From an uncultured Planctomycetota bacterium (GTDB lineage: Bacteria; Planctomycetota; Planctomycetia; Isosphaerales; Isosphaeraceae), in the NCBI GenBank assembly GCA_963845755.1, contig CAWJTV010000020.1, positions 672,001-736,000 on the forward strand: DNA of 64,000 bases, given 5' to 3'. Position 1 is the stretch's first letter, and each line of letters opens with the position of its first letter. The position numbers and the translations under genes were made by a program. The notes under the pieces are model-generated. The model searched no databases, was not told the DNA's origin, and was given only the letters and a program-made list of their open reading frames with translations. This document shows, piece after piece, positions 1 to 10,800 of this stretch.

Positions 1-1104
1 CCGACGCTCGAGGCCGAGGCCGAGCGGATGGGCCTCCAGGCGGCGACCGCTCAGGTGCAACCGGCCCTGAGCGTGCAGCGGAAGGCCAACGCATCGGTGC
101 CAACCCCCGTTTCTCCACACCGACCGGCGAAGCCTGGAACGATGCGCTCTTCCGGTGTCATCCAGCGCATGATTTGCATCCCGGAGGAATCGCTCGACGA
201 TTTCGATTTATGGCACCAAGTCCACAATATGCTGAAGAGGCATCCGAACGAGGATGTCCGCATCCTGGAGGACGCAAAGGAGACGGTCAAGCCCGGGGAT
301 CGACTCGCCATCGTCGCGCATGGAAACGCCAAGAAGATCGGGCAGTACTACGACGTAAATACCCTTGCCTATCGGCTCGGCAAGTTGAACCTGCCCAATG
401 ACCTGAAGCGTATCGAATTAATTTCATGCCAATCAGGCTATGGAGACGAACAGTCCTACGCCGCGGCTCTATCAAAACTGCTGAAATTCAAGCACGAGAT
501 AAAAGGCTATAGGGGCATGTCCTATACCACACCCGAGGGCAGGAACCGCGCGGAGGATGTCAAGATCGCAAAATCCAGATCCGTCTTCGATGAGGTGAGA
601 CACCATTTCGCCCAGGCGATTTCCACTCAACCGAACGGTCTAGAGGAGTTGGCAAAAGAGGGCTACGTCGTCAAAACCGGCCAGAATCCCCTCGACGCCA
701 TCCTGGAGGCCTTGCAGATTGACCCAGGTTCATTCGCGCATATCAAGGATGAGGACCAAATCTTGAATCGGATATTTGAACTTATGGAGGAGAGGAAGAA
801 AAAGCTGGTCACGACGAAGTCCGAGGGCAAGCAAGAGTCTGTTTCGACCGAAAAGAGTCCTTACGACAAGTTTCTCGACTACTTCAAGGAGAAGGTGGCC
901 TTGATCCGCACGCAGTTCAACGACAAACTCCGGCCGGACCTCAAGCCAATCCTGATCGAGGTATTCGAGGCTTACGCCAAGATGTTGGGCCCAGAAGTCG
1001 CGTCGTCCTCCGGAAAGAGCGTCCACCAACCGATGGCCGAAGGTCGCGTGACCTTCGCCAAAGAGACGGGTAAAATGGAGATTCGTCCGCACAAGAAGAT
1101 TTAG
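1..1104 (+). CDS. DUF4157 (eCIS-core) family protein, 5'-truncated by the window edge, with a C-terminal caspase-hemoglobinase-fold (peptidase C80/CPD-like) domain
   Basis: The frame from base 1 reads PTLEAEAERMGLQAA, matching PMLETEAERMGMQAA that follows the DUF4157 core in the next gene. A VIQR linker is followed by LAIVAHGN and IELISCQSG (His/Cys dyad). Confidence 0.7.
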   Translation, partial: PTLEAEAERMGLQAATAQVQPALSVQRKANASVPTPVSPHRPAKPGTMRSSGVIQRMICIPEESLDDFDLWHQVHNMLKRHPNEDVRILEDAKETVKPGDRLAIVAHGNAKKIGQYYDVNTLAYRLGKLNLPNDLKRIELISCQSGYGDEQSYAAALSKLLKFKHEIKGYRGMSYTTPEGRNRAEDVKIAKSRSVFDEVRHHFAQAISTQPNGLEELAKEGYVVKTGQNPLDAILEALQIDPGSFAHIKDEDQILNRIFELMEERKKKLVTTKSEGKQESVSTEKSPYDKFLDYFKEKVALIRTQFNDKLRPDLKPILIEVFEAYAKMLGPEVASSSGKSVHQPMAEGRVTFAKETGKMEIRPHKKI

Positions 1105-1383
1105 GATCGCATTTCCGGCAAGGAAGGTTGGAGGGACGGGCAGGTTCAGCCCAGAGGCGTCCCAGGCTTGGGTTGCCACGCGGGAGAGTGGGAACCAGTT
1201 CAGGACCCCGGTCTGACGCCTGAGGTCTGACCCGAACCTCCCTGGCCCGACCCGATTGCCACGGTTGCGTAAGCGTCCGAAATCATTATCCTTGCGGGTT
1301 TTGGTAGCCTGTGCAGCGGACCCATCTGTTTCTTCTCAGGAGCTCGCCCCATATCGGGAATCCCGAACTACCCACTGCACGCG

Positions 1384-1450
1384 CCGTGGCGCGAGTGCCG
1401 GGAGCGGGAGGTCGGTAGCGGACTGACGATCGCCCAATTTTGTGCCTGCG
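1384..1450 (+). pseudogene. Possible IS66 tnpA N-terminal remnant
   Basis: Translates PWRECREREVGSGLTIAQFC, similar to WNALLNDFRRSGLTQAEFC of tnpA at 43173. Confidence 0.3.
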
Positions 1451-1844
1451 CAACCTTTCGCGTCCGATTGCCTGGACGCCCTCCAACCCACCAACTCCTC
1501 TTGGCCCCCGAAGTTCGGTCGATGATGGACCGAGCGAGCCGAATCAGCCGAAACCGGACGAGTCCCTCCTGGCCGAGCGCCGAGCACGCTCGGGAGATCT
1601 GCCATTCGATCTCCACGGGGAGCCCCGATAGATCCTCATCAGGAAATCCCCGATCCCAGTTCCGAGAATCCAGAACGCGGCGTAGGCTTAATTGGGGGAG
1701 TGTGTGATGCGCCCTCCTTTTTAATAACGCCGGCGTTTCTCCAGCGCAAGACCTGAGGCGCTCATCGAGGTCGCTCCAACGAGCCCGATATCCACCGGGT
1801 CGAAACCGCCTCAATTCGGAGACTGTTGTAACGACACCGGGTTA

Positions 1845-1949
1845 TCTCGTTCCCATGCTCGGCGTGGGAATGCCGTCCTGGCCGCTCTGCGGCCCCGGCG
1901 ACGCGGAGCGTCGCACCCAGACGTTCCCACGCAGAGCATGGGAACGAGA
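1845..1949. repeat. REP-like palindromic element
   Basis: Perfect 16-bp terminal inverted repeat TCTCGTTCCCATGCTC / GAGCATGGGAACGAGA with an internal GCGACGC-gga-GCGTCGC hairpin. Confidence 0.75.
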
Positions 1950-2045
1950 ATTCCCCTGGCGTCAGGAAGAGGGCCTCCCTCCAGAGCCCGGTTACGTTGC
2001 GACAGTCTCTCGAGGCGCGTACGGGATTCTTGAGGTAAAGCAGGA

Positions 2046-4631
2046 ATGGCTCTTGTGGGCTACAACATGATGCCTTCGTCAGGTCCGATCACGCCCTTTC
2101 GTCCCGGCGGTCCCTCACGTGTCATCCAGGGCTACTTCCCCGGCGGCCAGCCGCGGATTCCTCAACCGGCCGTGGTCCAGGCAACGCGGCCCGTTGCTCC
2201 ACCGCCGCGGCCTTTACCGGTCCCTGCCCGTCTGGCAGCGGTCCAGCCGGCGATCGTCCCTGGCCGTAGGGTCGCGGTGCCGGCCGCTGGAAGGCCGGGT
2301 AGCCCCGCCAACAAACCCCAGCCGATCTTGCCGACCGCAGCCCGCCGCGGTCCCGTCCAGCCGTTCGCACCGGCCAGGCCGGCGCCTCCCGCCGCGATCC
2401 TCCCTCCGGCACCGTCGACGACACCGATCCAGCTTTCTGCGGGCAATGCCTTTGCCCTGCCGGCCGGTTTCCAGCTTCGGCCCTCCGCGTTGGGTCAGCG
2501 GTTGCCCGAATCGGTGCAGCGGAAGATGGAAGCGTTCTTCCGCGCGGATTTCTCCGATGTCCGGGTGCATGTCGGTCAAGAGGCGTCGTCGATCGGGGCC
2601 CTGGCATTCGCCCATGGCACGGACCTGTACTTCGCCCCCGGCCAGTACAATCCGCAGACGCCGCAAGGTCAGCGACTTCTGGGCCACGAGCTCACACACG
2701 TGGTGCAGCAGCGGGCCGGGCGCGTGCGCAATCCGCTGGGTTCGGGCGTGGCGGTCGTGCAGGATCCGATGCTGGAGACCGAGGCCGAGCGGATGGGGAT
2801 GCAGGCAGCCAGCTCAATCCTCCAAGTGCAGGCCAGGTTAGCGGCTTCGAGTCCGGTCAACCCTCGGAGGCAACTCGGTACCTCCGCGAGCGGGCACGCG
2901 CCCCGAGTCGCCGTGTTACCATGCCGTCCCAATCAGCCGCACGGCGGCATCGATCGATCGACTCAGCGAGCTCCGAGTTTAACCGGCATCGGCGACCGGT
3001 CAATCTTGCCGAAACGACCGCCCGGTCCCCACTCCACAATACAGCTCCTTCCCAACGTACTGGTCGAGGTGTTGCCGGGTACCAACCTGCGTGAGGCCCG
3101 GCATCCCCATTCGCTCAGAGATGCCACCGTATTCCGAGAGATTCCGACACCCGAGAGGCTCACGATCGACAAGGGGGAGATGATCGAATCGGGCCTCCAC
3201 AAGTCTGGTCATCATTCGGCGAGCGCTCAAAATGACTGGTATCGGGTCGTCTCGGATAGCAGCGGCAGTCTGAAGGCTCGTTCGATTTGGGTCCCTGCGG
3301 GAATGTTGAAGCCGGCGACGCGATCGACGCCGGCACGAGCGAGCTCACGACTCGATTGGATGGCGTGCCAACTGACGGACGGAAACCTATATGGCGTAAT
3401 CCCAGGGGATTCCTCTCGTCTGTACGGCCGGCGCGATGCGCCCCATCCCGAGCCACGGGGACTCTATCGCAAGGAGATGACGGTTGATACCTTCGGGCGG
3501 CCTGTCCAGGTCTGGACGCCGAACGTTCGACTCATTCACGATCGAGAGCTCAGCCCATCCGGGGCGGAGGGCGCTGCCGGCGCGGGCGAAGCCAGGAAGT
3601 TCTCCACGCTGAGGACCAGGATCAAGACGCTCCAGAAGGAGATCGATGGTGCAGTCAACCGCAAGGGTCGAGGAGGTCCATCGATGGGGCTTGTCGGGAT
3701 CAATGATTGCGATACCTGGGCGGGGGTGTTGCGAATGCTGATCACGGATGCACTCGCAGTCGAGGGAAAGGGCTCATCGATCAACTACAATCTTACCGAG
3801 GATGAGGACGAACGGTGCCGAGACCCCGGCAACATGGAGGTCGGATACACGATGCTGCAAATCCTCGGCAAGAAGGCCCGCTCGAGGCATCATGCGGCTA
3901 CGGTCGTCGCGAGGGATGGTGTAAGCGTCGTCACCCTGGAAGCTCACGTGGAAAAGTTGGGGCTGACTGCACCCGAGTTCCATATCTACGCCGGCGTCAA
4001 GGGATTCTGCTTTGTCAATAACGAAGGTGTAAAATACCTGAAAGACAATCAGGAGCGAGGGACCGTATATCGCCCTGGTAAGGACTGGATCTACGATGGG
4101 CGGTCGGAGGAACTTCGCAAGCTCCAGAAGGACGTGTCCAAGGCGAAGGACCTGCAATCGCTCCAGAAGATGATGACCCGTTTCATGGAATTCACGGCAC
4201 CTGGCGGCAAGGTACCGGGGTCCGCTGTGGGGTCGGTCCGAACACCGGCCCGTGTGGGAAGTTCTCCCCTGGCCACTGCGCCACCATCTGCGTCCCCGCC
4301 GCCCCGACCGCCGGGGAGCCCACCGACGTTGGTGCCGCCTCCGACAAGTGGCGGTGCCTTGGGTGGTCGCACTCGCTTTCAGGGCAACACCGAGCTGCGC
4401 TGTTACGTTGATCCCGATACGTCGGATCAGTATGACTCACTCGGAAGTTGGCGAGATGAGAGAAGAGGGGGTCGCTACTATCTGCTCAGGCGCCGTCGGG
4501 ACCACTTCCTGCTCAAGATCGACGACGTTACCAAGGAGGTTCTCGATGAGGACGACCATTCGCGAAGGGTTCGCCTCAATCAAGTGCGGTTCGATCCGGC
4601 GCTGTCACGAATCATCGATCCATTAAGTTAG
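2046..4631 (+). CDS. DUF4157 (eCIS-core) protein with Pro-rich N-terminus and a C-terminal putative papain-fold effector domain
   Basis: GQRLPESVQRKMEAFFRADFSDVRVH...GALAFAHGTDLYFAPGQY...LLGHELTHVVQQ (DUF4157, HExxH). C-terminal NDCDTWAG...HHAATVVARDG...TLEAH. Confidence 0.85.
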   Translation: MALVGYNMMPSSGPITPFRPGGPSRVIQGYFPGGQPRIPQPAVVQATRPVAPPPRPLPVPARLAAVQPAIVPGRRVAVPAAGRPGSPANKPQPILPTAARRGPVQPFAPARPAPPAAILPPAPSTTPIQLSAGNAFALPAGFQLRPSALGQRLPESVQRKMEAFFRADFSDVRVHVGQEASSIGALAFAHGTDLYFAPGQYNPQTPQGQRLLGHELTHVVQQRAGRVRNPLGSGVAVVQDPMLETEAERMGMQAASSILQVQARLAASSPVNPRRQLGTSASGHAPRVAVLPCRPNQPHGGIDRSTQRAPSLTGIGDRSILPKRPPGPHSTIQLLPNVLVEVLPGTNLREARHPHSLRDATVFREIPTPERLTIDKGEMIESGLHKSGHHSASAQNDWYRVVSDSSGSLKARSIWVPAGMLKPATRSTPARASSRLDWMACQLTDGNLYGVIPGDSSRLYGRRDAPHPEPRGLYRKEMTVDTFGRPVQVWTPNVRLIHDRELSPSGAEGAAGAGEARKFSTLRTRIKTLQKEIDGAVNRKGRGGPSMGLVGINDCDTWAGVLRMLITDALAVEGKGSSINYNLTEDEDERCRDPGNMEVGYTMLQILGKKARSRHHAATVVARDGVSVVTLEAHVEKLGLTAPEFHIYAGVKGFCFVNNEGVKYLKDNQERGTVYRPGKDWIYDGRSEELRKLQKDVSKAKDLQSLQKMMTRFMEFTAPGGKVPGSAVGSVRTPARVGSSPLATAPPSASPPPRPPGSPPTLVPPPTSGGALGGRTRFQGNTELRCYVDPDTSDQYDSLGSWRDERRGGRYYLLRRRRDHFLLKIDDVTKEVLDEDDHSRRVRLNQVRFDPALSRIIDPLS

Positions 4632-4651
4632 ACTGTTTAGAGTCTTCCTTC

Positions 4652-4945
4652 GTAGGCTCCCCGCGCCGTGCGCGCCTCTGGGGATTCCGAATTCCGGATT
4701 CGAGATTCCCGATTCCGGAATCATGCACCTTCGGGAATCCGGAATCGCGAATCGGGAATCCCTCTTGGATTGCGGCCGAAGGCTGCGTCTGAGTCGTCCT
4801 CTGTAGGATCCCTGCGCCGAGCGCTCATCTGGGGATTCCGAATTCCGGATTCGAGATTCCCGATTCCCGGATCCTTCCCCTTCGGGAATCCGGAATCGCG
4901 AATCGGGAATCCCGATGGGGTTGCGGCCCAAGGCCGCGTTAGGGC
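4652..4945. repeat. Two tandem ~151-bp units built from GATTC/GAATC heptamer hairpins
   Basis: Units start at GTAGG 4652 and 4803. Each has a 7-bp-period NGATTCN run, the inverted GAATC run, then GCGGCCNAAGGCYGCG. Confidence 0.85.
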
Positions 4946-5687
4946 GCGTAGCGAGCGCGTTGCGCACATCTGAGGTCCGAAGCGAATCCACACCCGATCG
5001 CGGGTCTCCGGGTGCTCCGCGAACGAGGGGGCCCGCACCTACCTTCGAGAATCGCCAGACGGGGGTAGACTCCGGGGCGGCTCGAAACGCGGTCACGGGC
5101 CCGAATACCGCTCGAGGGGCGTTGACGCCGTCGTGTTCTACCCTTTCCAAGTGGAGTGGCCGGTCACCGGGAATACGGGTGTCGCGCGTCCCCACCGCGG
5201 ACGGGACCGGGGGCGATGCATCGGCAGGATCCGGCCAGAGGAATCCCGCAGGTGACACGACCCGCAGTGCACGTAAGGTTGCAAATCGAAGAATCTATCT
5301 TTTTTCTTGACAGTACGATTGTTCCATGCGAACTTAAGAAGACGCTTGGCTAAGCGCGATGAATCATTGAGTTGTCCCGCGCGAGTTCCAGTGCTGCGCT
5401 TAGAGGCCGAGCGAATGCGAATGATCGTTGTTGATTCGGCAGCAGTGTCTGCGTGACGCCGGGGCCAGTCGGGGAAGCATGGCCGATCTCGGGTTACCCT
5501 CGGGGCGATCACGCCGGGAACTGTCCAGGCCACGCGACACTTGAACCGTGCGGCATCGCCTGGCGTCCGGTGTCAACGTGTTCATCAAACTTTAAATACG
5601 TGTAGATCCACTGGCGAGTCGTCAACTGGGAGGCCCGGAGTCTCGGTTCTCTCGATGGGCGAGAGAAACGGCAACGGGTAGAAATCG

Positions 5688-6882
5688 ATGCGTTCCCCGA
5701 GCGTTCTCGACATCGCCGCGTTGCTGGCACCGATCGAGGACGATTCGCCCACGGGCTCCGATTTGCGGGCATCGCGCCGCGCCGGCGGCTCGTTCGCGAT
5801 GCTCAAGCAGGCGCGGTCCGCGGCCCGGACGGCGGAACGCAAGACGGCCGTCGCCGAGGATGATTCGCAGGGCATCCGGCCGAACTGGCGCCCGGTGTGC
5901 GACCTGGCCTCGAGAATCCTGTGCGAGGAATCCAAGGATCTGGAGGTGGCGGCCTATCTGATCGAGGCCCTGGTACGGCTCCACGGGTTCGCGGGTTTGC
6001 GCGATGGCTTCCGGTTCTGCCGGGGTCTCGTCGAAGAATATTGGGAGGTGCTGTATCCTCTGCCGGATCAGGATGGCCTGACCGGTCGCGTCGCGTCGCT
6101 GATGAGCCTCAACGGTTACGAGACCGACGGCACGCTCATCGCGCCGATCCTGACGATCCCCTTGACCGGAGGTGAAGCGTCGGGGACGTACTCGCAGGCC
6201 CACTACGAGCAAGCCTTGCGGACCGAGAGCGTCTCGGATGCGGCGGCGAAGAAGCGGCGCGTTCGACCGGGGCGCCGTGACCATGAAGCAGTTCCTCGAT
6301 GCCGTCTCGAAGACGCCGGGTGAGTTCTACGTGCGGCTCGCCGGAGAGATCGAGGAATGCCGGGCGGAATTCGAAGCGTTGCGAATACGGCTCGATGATT
6401 TGTGCGGCGACCAGGCCCCTCACACGTCCCAGATCCGCAACGCGCTGGATAGCTGTCGCGATATCGTCCACTCGGTCGCCAAGGAGAAGCTGGCGGCCGT
6501 CGCGGCGATGGCCGGCAACGGAGCCGGATGGCTGGCTCCCGCCTCGGTCGCTAGCTTCGACGACCTGGACCGTCCCGCGCTGGAAGACCCCGACCGCGGT
6601 TTGAATGGCACGGCGCTGCACCCGCTCGACGGATATGCACCGCCGATCGGCCCGTCCAGCGGCATTCCCTCGCGAGAGCATGCGCTGATCATCCTCCAGG
6701 AGATCGCGGAGTATTTCCGGAGGACCGAGCCGCATTCCCCGATTGCCTATACGATCGAACAGGCCGTCCGGTGGGGACGGACGCCCTTGCCCAAGTTACT
6801 CGAAGAGTTGATCCCCGATCCGGGGGGGAGGGAGCATTTCTTTCGCCTTGTGGGGATCCCGCCGCAGTCGCGGAATCCCTGA
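5688..6882 (+). CDS. tssA: T6SS TssA (ImpA N-terminal family), frameshifted near 6260
   Basis: LLAPIEDDSPTGSDLR, SKDLEVAAYLIEAL, and C-terminal YFRRTEPHSPIAYTIEQAVRWG. Confidence 0.9.
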
Positions 6883-6936
6883 TTTCCTGCGTTTGACTTC
6901 ATAACCTACTCTGCCGTCTCACCGAGAGGCCCATCC

Positions 6937-7548
6937 ATGCTGAGTCAGAGTATCCACTCGAAATTGAGTCGAGTCCGCAAGCCGCGCGTCCATATTACCT
7001 ACGACGTCGAGACCGAAGGCGCCGTGGTCCAGAAAGAACTGCCATTCGTGGTCGGCGTCATCGGCGACTTCACCGGGAAGCCTGCCGAGCCCCTGCCGTC
7101 GCTGAAGGATCGGAAGTTCGTCCAGATCGATCGCGACAACTTCGACGAAGTCATGGCCCGCATGCGGCCCGCGCTGACCTTGAAAGTCGACAACACGCTC
7201 CAGGGGGACGGGACCGAGATGCTGGTCGAGCTCCAGTTCCGGTCGATCGAGGACTTCGAGCCGGGCGCCATCGCGGCGCAAATCCCCGCGATCAAGTCGC
7301 TGCTCGAGGTGCGGAATCGCCTGCGCGACTTGCTGAGCAAGGCCGACCGTTCGGAGGAGCTCGAGAACCTGCTCGAGCGGGTCTTGCAGCACGAGGGCGA
7401 CCTCAAGGAACTGGCGGCCGACCTCGATCACAAGAACGGACAAACCACCGACGGGGCGGCGGCGGCACCGGCCGACGGGCCCGCCGGCGACGCGGGCGGA
7501 GCGGCATCGGGCGACACCAAGGGCAAGGGCGGCAAGAAGGGAGCGTGA
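6937..7548 (+). CDS. tssB: T6SS sheath small subunit TssB
   Basis: [18 protein letters not shown]...[12 protein letters not shown]...[12 protein letters not shown]. Confidence 0.97.
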   Translation: MLSQSIHSKLSRVRKPRVHITYDVETEGAVVQKELPFVVGVIGDFTGKPAEPLPSLKDRKFVQIDRDNFDEVMARMRPALTLKVDNTLQGDGTEMLVELQFRSIEDFEPGAIAAQIPAIKSLLEVRNRLRDLLSKADRSEELENLLERVLQHEGDLKELAADLDHKNGQTTDGAAAAPADGPAGDAGGAASGDTKGKGGKKGA

Positions 7549-7551
7549 CAC

Positions 7552-9042
7552 ATGAGCACCGGCGAAACCACCATGACCCAGGGCGGCGCCACGGCCGTGG
7601 CCGAAGAGGCCAACCTGCTAGAACAGTGCATCGCGGCCACGAAGCAGACCGAGCGCACCCGCACCGAGGAGCTGCTCAAGGCCTTCACCGACGAGGCGAT
7701 GAAGGGCACCGTCACCTGGGAGAAGAGCCTGACGAATACCATCCAGCAGGCGATCAAGAAGCTGGACGACGCGCTCTCGAAGCAACTGGCGGCCGTGCTC
7801 CATCACCCCGATCTCCAGAAGCTCGAGGGCAGCTACCGCGGACTCCACCACCTGGTGTTCAACTCCGAGACCAGCTCGAAGCTCAAGATCAAGGTCATGT
7901 CGGCCACCAAGCCCGAGGTGGCCAAGGACATGGCCAAGGCGATCGAATTCGATCAGAGCACGATGTTCAAGAAGCTGTACGAGGCCGAGTACGGCTCACC
8001 CGGCGGCGAGCCGTATGGGGCGCTGATCGGCGACTTCGAGTTCGCCAACCATCCCGACGACCTCGAGATGCTCGGCAACCTCTCGAATGTCGCCGCCGCC
8101 GGGTTCTGCCCCTTCATCACGGCCGCCTCGCCGCGCCTGTTGGGGTTCGACGCCTGGACCGACCTGGTCAAGCCGCGCGACCTGGAGAAGATCTTCGACT
8201 CGATCGAGTACGTCCAGTGGCGTTCGCTCCGCGAGACGGAGGACTCGCGCTTCCTCGTCCTCACCCTGCCGCGCGTCCTGTCCCGGCTCCCGTACGGCGA
8301 GGCCACCAAACCTATTGAAGAATTCCACTTCGAGGAAGTCACCCTCGACGAGAAGGGCCGTTCCAAGCCGGTCCCCAACGACGAGTACACCTGGATGAAT
8401 GCAGCCTACGTCCTGGGCACGAAGATGACCGAGGCCTTCGCGCAGTACGGCTGGTGCACGGCGATCCGGGGTGCGGAAGGAGGCGGCAAGGTGGAGGGGC
8501 TGCCGGCCCACATCTTCATCAGCGACGACGGCGATCCGGACCTGAAGTGTCCCACGGAGATCGGCATTACCGACCGTCGCGAGGCGGAGCTCGACAAGCT
8601 GGGTTTCGTGACGCTCTGCCACTACAAGAATACCGATTACGCCGTGTTCTTCGGCTCCCAGACCGTCCAGAAACCCAAGAAGTACGACCGGCCCGAGGCC
8701 ACGGCCAATGCCGTGATCTCGTCACGGCTCACGTACTTGATGGCGGCATCCCGGTTCGCCCACTACATCAAGGTGATTGCCCGGGACAAGATCGGCTCGT
8801 TCGCCGAGGCCACCGACGTGGAAGCCCAGCTCGCGCGTTGGATCCTCAATTATATCAATGCCAATCCGGCGGCCGGCCAGGCCCTCAAGGCGAGATACCC
8901 ACTGGCCGACGCCAAGGTGACCGTGAACGAGATCCCGGGCCGGCCGGGCTCGTACAACGCGATCTTCTGGCTGAGGCCGTGGCTCCAGCTCGAGGAATTG
9001 ACCACCTCGGTGCGGATGGTGGCCCGGATCCCGTCGGCCTGA
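7552..9042 (+). CDS. tssC: T6SS sheath large subunit TssC (copy 1)
   Basis: [61 protein letters not shown]. Confidence 0.97.
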   Translation: MSTGETTMTQGGATAVAEEANLLEQCIAATKQTERTRTEELLKAFTDEAMKGTVTWEKSLTNTIQQAIKKLDDALSKQLAAVLHHPDLQKLEGSYRGLHHLVFNSETSSKLKIKVMSATKPEVAKDMAKAIEFDQSTMFKKLYEAEYGSPGGEPYGALIGDFEFANHPDDLEMLGNLSNVAAAGFCPFITAASPRLLGFDAWTDLVKPRDLEKIFDSIEYVQWRSLRETEDSRFLVLTLPRVLSRLPYGEATKPIEEFHFEEVTLDEKGRSKPVPNDEYTWMNAAYVLGTKMTEAFAQYGWCTAIRGAEGGGKVEGLPAHIFISDDGDPDLKCPTEIGITDRREAELDKLGFVTLCHYKNTDYAVFFGSQTVQKPKKYDRPEATANAVISSRLTYLMAASRFAHYIKVIARDKIGSFAEATDVEAQLARWILNYINANPAAGQALKARYPLADAKVTVNEIPGRPGSYNAIFWLRPWLQLEELTTSVRMVARIPSA

Positions 9043-9178
9043 TCCTCGGCGCGGCCGGTGGATTGGTTCGCAGTCCCCGGCCGCGCGGTCCGACAGCCGA
9101 GCAACATCGTGAGATCGAACATCGTGAGATCGAACCCTGCCGACGATGGCCAACATGATCCCGGGGTGAAGTGCCTCC

Positions 9179-10745
9179 ATGGAACCGCAACCGGTCGCTT
9201 CTCCTTCCCAGGAAACCCTCGAATCTTCGCCGGGAGGCGGAACCCATCCGGGTTTCGTCGAGCAACTCATCACGGGGGCCCAGGCCACGCCGTCGGCCGG
9301 ATCGCTCCTGGTGCGATTCCTGACCGAGCCGTCCGACGAGATGGCCATCGCACTCTGGCTGAGACATTGGGACCGCGAGGCGCCGCCCCGGTGCGGCGCG
9401 GACATGTTGCAGCAAATGGAACGCGACATCGCCGCGATCGACGGCCGCATCGGCGAGCAGATCGACGCCGTCCTGCATCATGAGGTCTTCCAGGCGTTGG
9501 AAGCCTCATGGCGCGGGCTGGCGGACCTCATCAGTCGCGTCCAGCCGAAGACCAACGTCAAAGTCAAGGTCTTGAGCGTCTCGTGGCGCGAGGTGGTACG
9601 CGACCTGGAGCGGGCCATCGAGTTCGATCAGAGCGCCCTGTTCCGCAAGGTGTATACCGAGGAATTCGATACACCCGGTGGCGAGCCGTTCAGCGTGATC
9701 ATCGGCGACTATGAGATCAGCCATCGCCCGAGCCGTTCGCATCCGACCGATGACGTCGAAGCCCTCGGGGCGATCGCGCAGGTCGCCGCGGCGGCGTTCG
9801 CGCCGTTCATCGCCGGCGGCGCACCCATCGCTGTTCGGCCTGGACGACTTCGCGGGACTCGAGCGCGACCTCGATTTGCGACGAAGCTTCGACCAGCTCG
9901 GATATCTGAAGTGGCGGAATCTCCGCGCGTCCGAGGATGCGCGGTTCGTGGGCCTGACCATGCCGCGCGTCCTGATGCGAGCCCCGTATGAGGGGGGGCA
10001 AGTCCACTGCGGGTTCCCGTATCGCGAGGACGTCTCGGGCCCCGGAATCAAGAAGCATCTCTGGGGAACGGCGGTGTACGCCTACGCCTCCGTGCTCGTG
10101 AGGGCGTTCGTCGCCTCGGGGTGGCTCGAGGACATCGCCGGTGCCGAGCGCGGGTCAATCGGCGGCGGACTGGTGGGCGGCCTGACGGCCCCCTCGTTCC
10201 ACACCGATGCGCCCGGCATCGCGCCGAAGTGCTCGACCGATGTGACCATCGGTGAGGAGCTCGACCGCGAGCTAGGCGAGGTGGGGTTCCTGCCGCTCTG
10301 CGACTGCCCGGAGACCGAGCTCTCGGCGTTCCACCAGACCGGGACCATCCAGGAGCCGGGCGTCTTCGATCGCCCGATCGCCACCGCCAATGCCCACCTC
10401 TCCGCCCAGCTCCCCGTTGTCCTCAACGTCTCACGATTCGCCCATTATTTCAAGGTGATCGCCCGGGATAAGATCGGGTCGTTCCTCGAGCCCCAGGACC
10501 TGGAGTCGATCTTCCGCGACTGGATCGTCCGGTACGTCTCGGCCAGCGAGTCGGCCAGTCCCGAGATGCGGGCGCGCTATCCGTTGCAGGAGGCGAAGGT
10601 CCAGGTGCGGGCGCGAGCGGACCGGCCGGGAAGCTATTACTGCGTGGCTTACCTTCGACCCCGGTTCCAACGTGACGAGACCACGGCCTCGCTGCGACTG
10701 ACGACCGATCTGCCGACCGAATGGCGCCCTCGTCCCGCGGTGTGA
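9179..10745 (+). CDS. tssC: T6SS sheath large subunit TssC (divergent copy 2), frameshift near 9820
   Basis: [57 protein letters not shown]. Confidence 0.9.
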
Positions 10746-10800
10746 CCGCGAGGGAACGTGCTGGCCGGGATGATCCCGTAAACTGCAATGAGGCCCGATC

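Noticed and set aside
1368..1814. 148-aa minus-strand ORF as an immunity gene for the first DUF4157 protein
   Set aside because: Opposite strand, non-ATG start, no recognisable family, and it overlaps an IS remnant.
4652..4945. Possible CRISPR array
   Set aside because: Only two long units made of heptamers, no unique spacers of regular length, and no cas genes.
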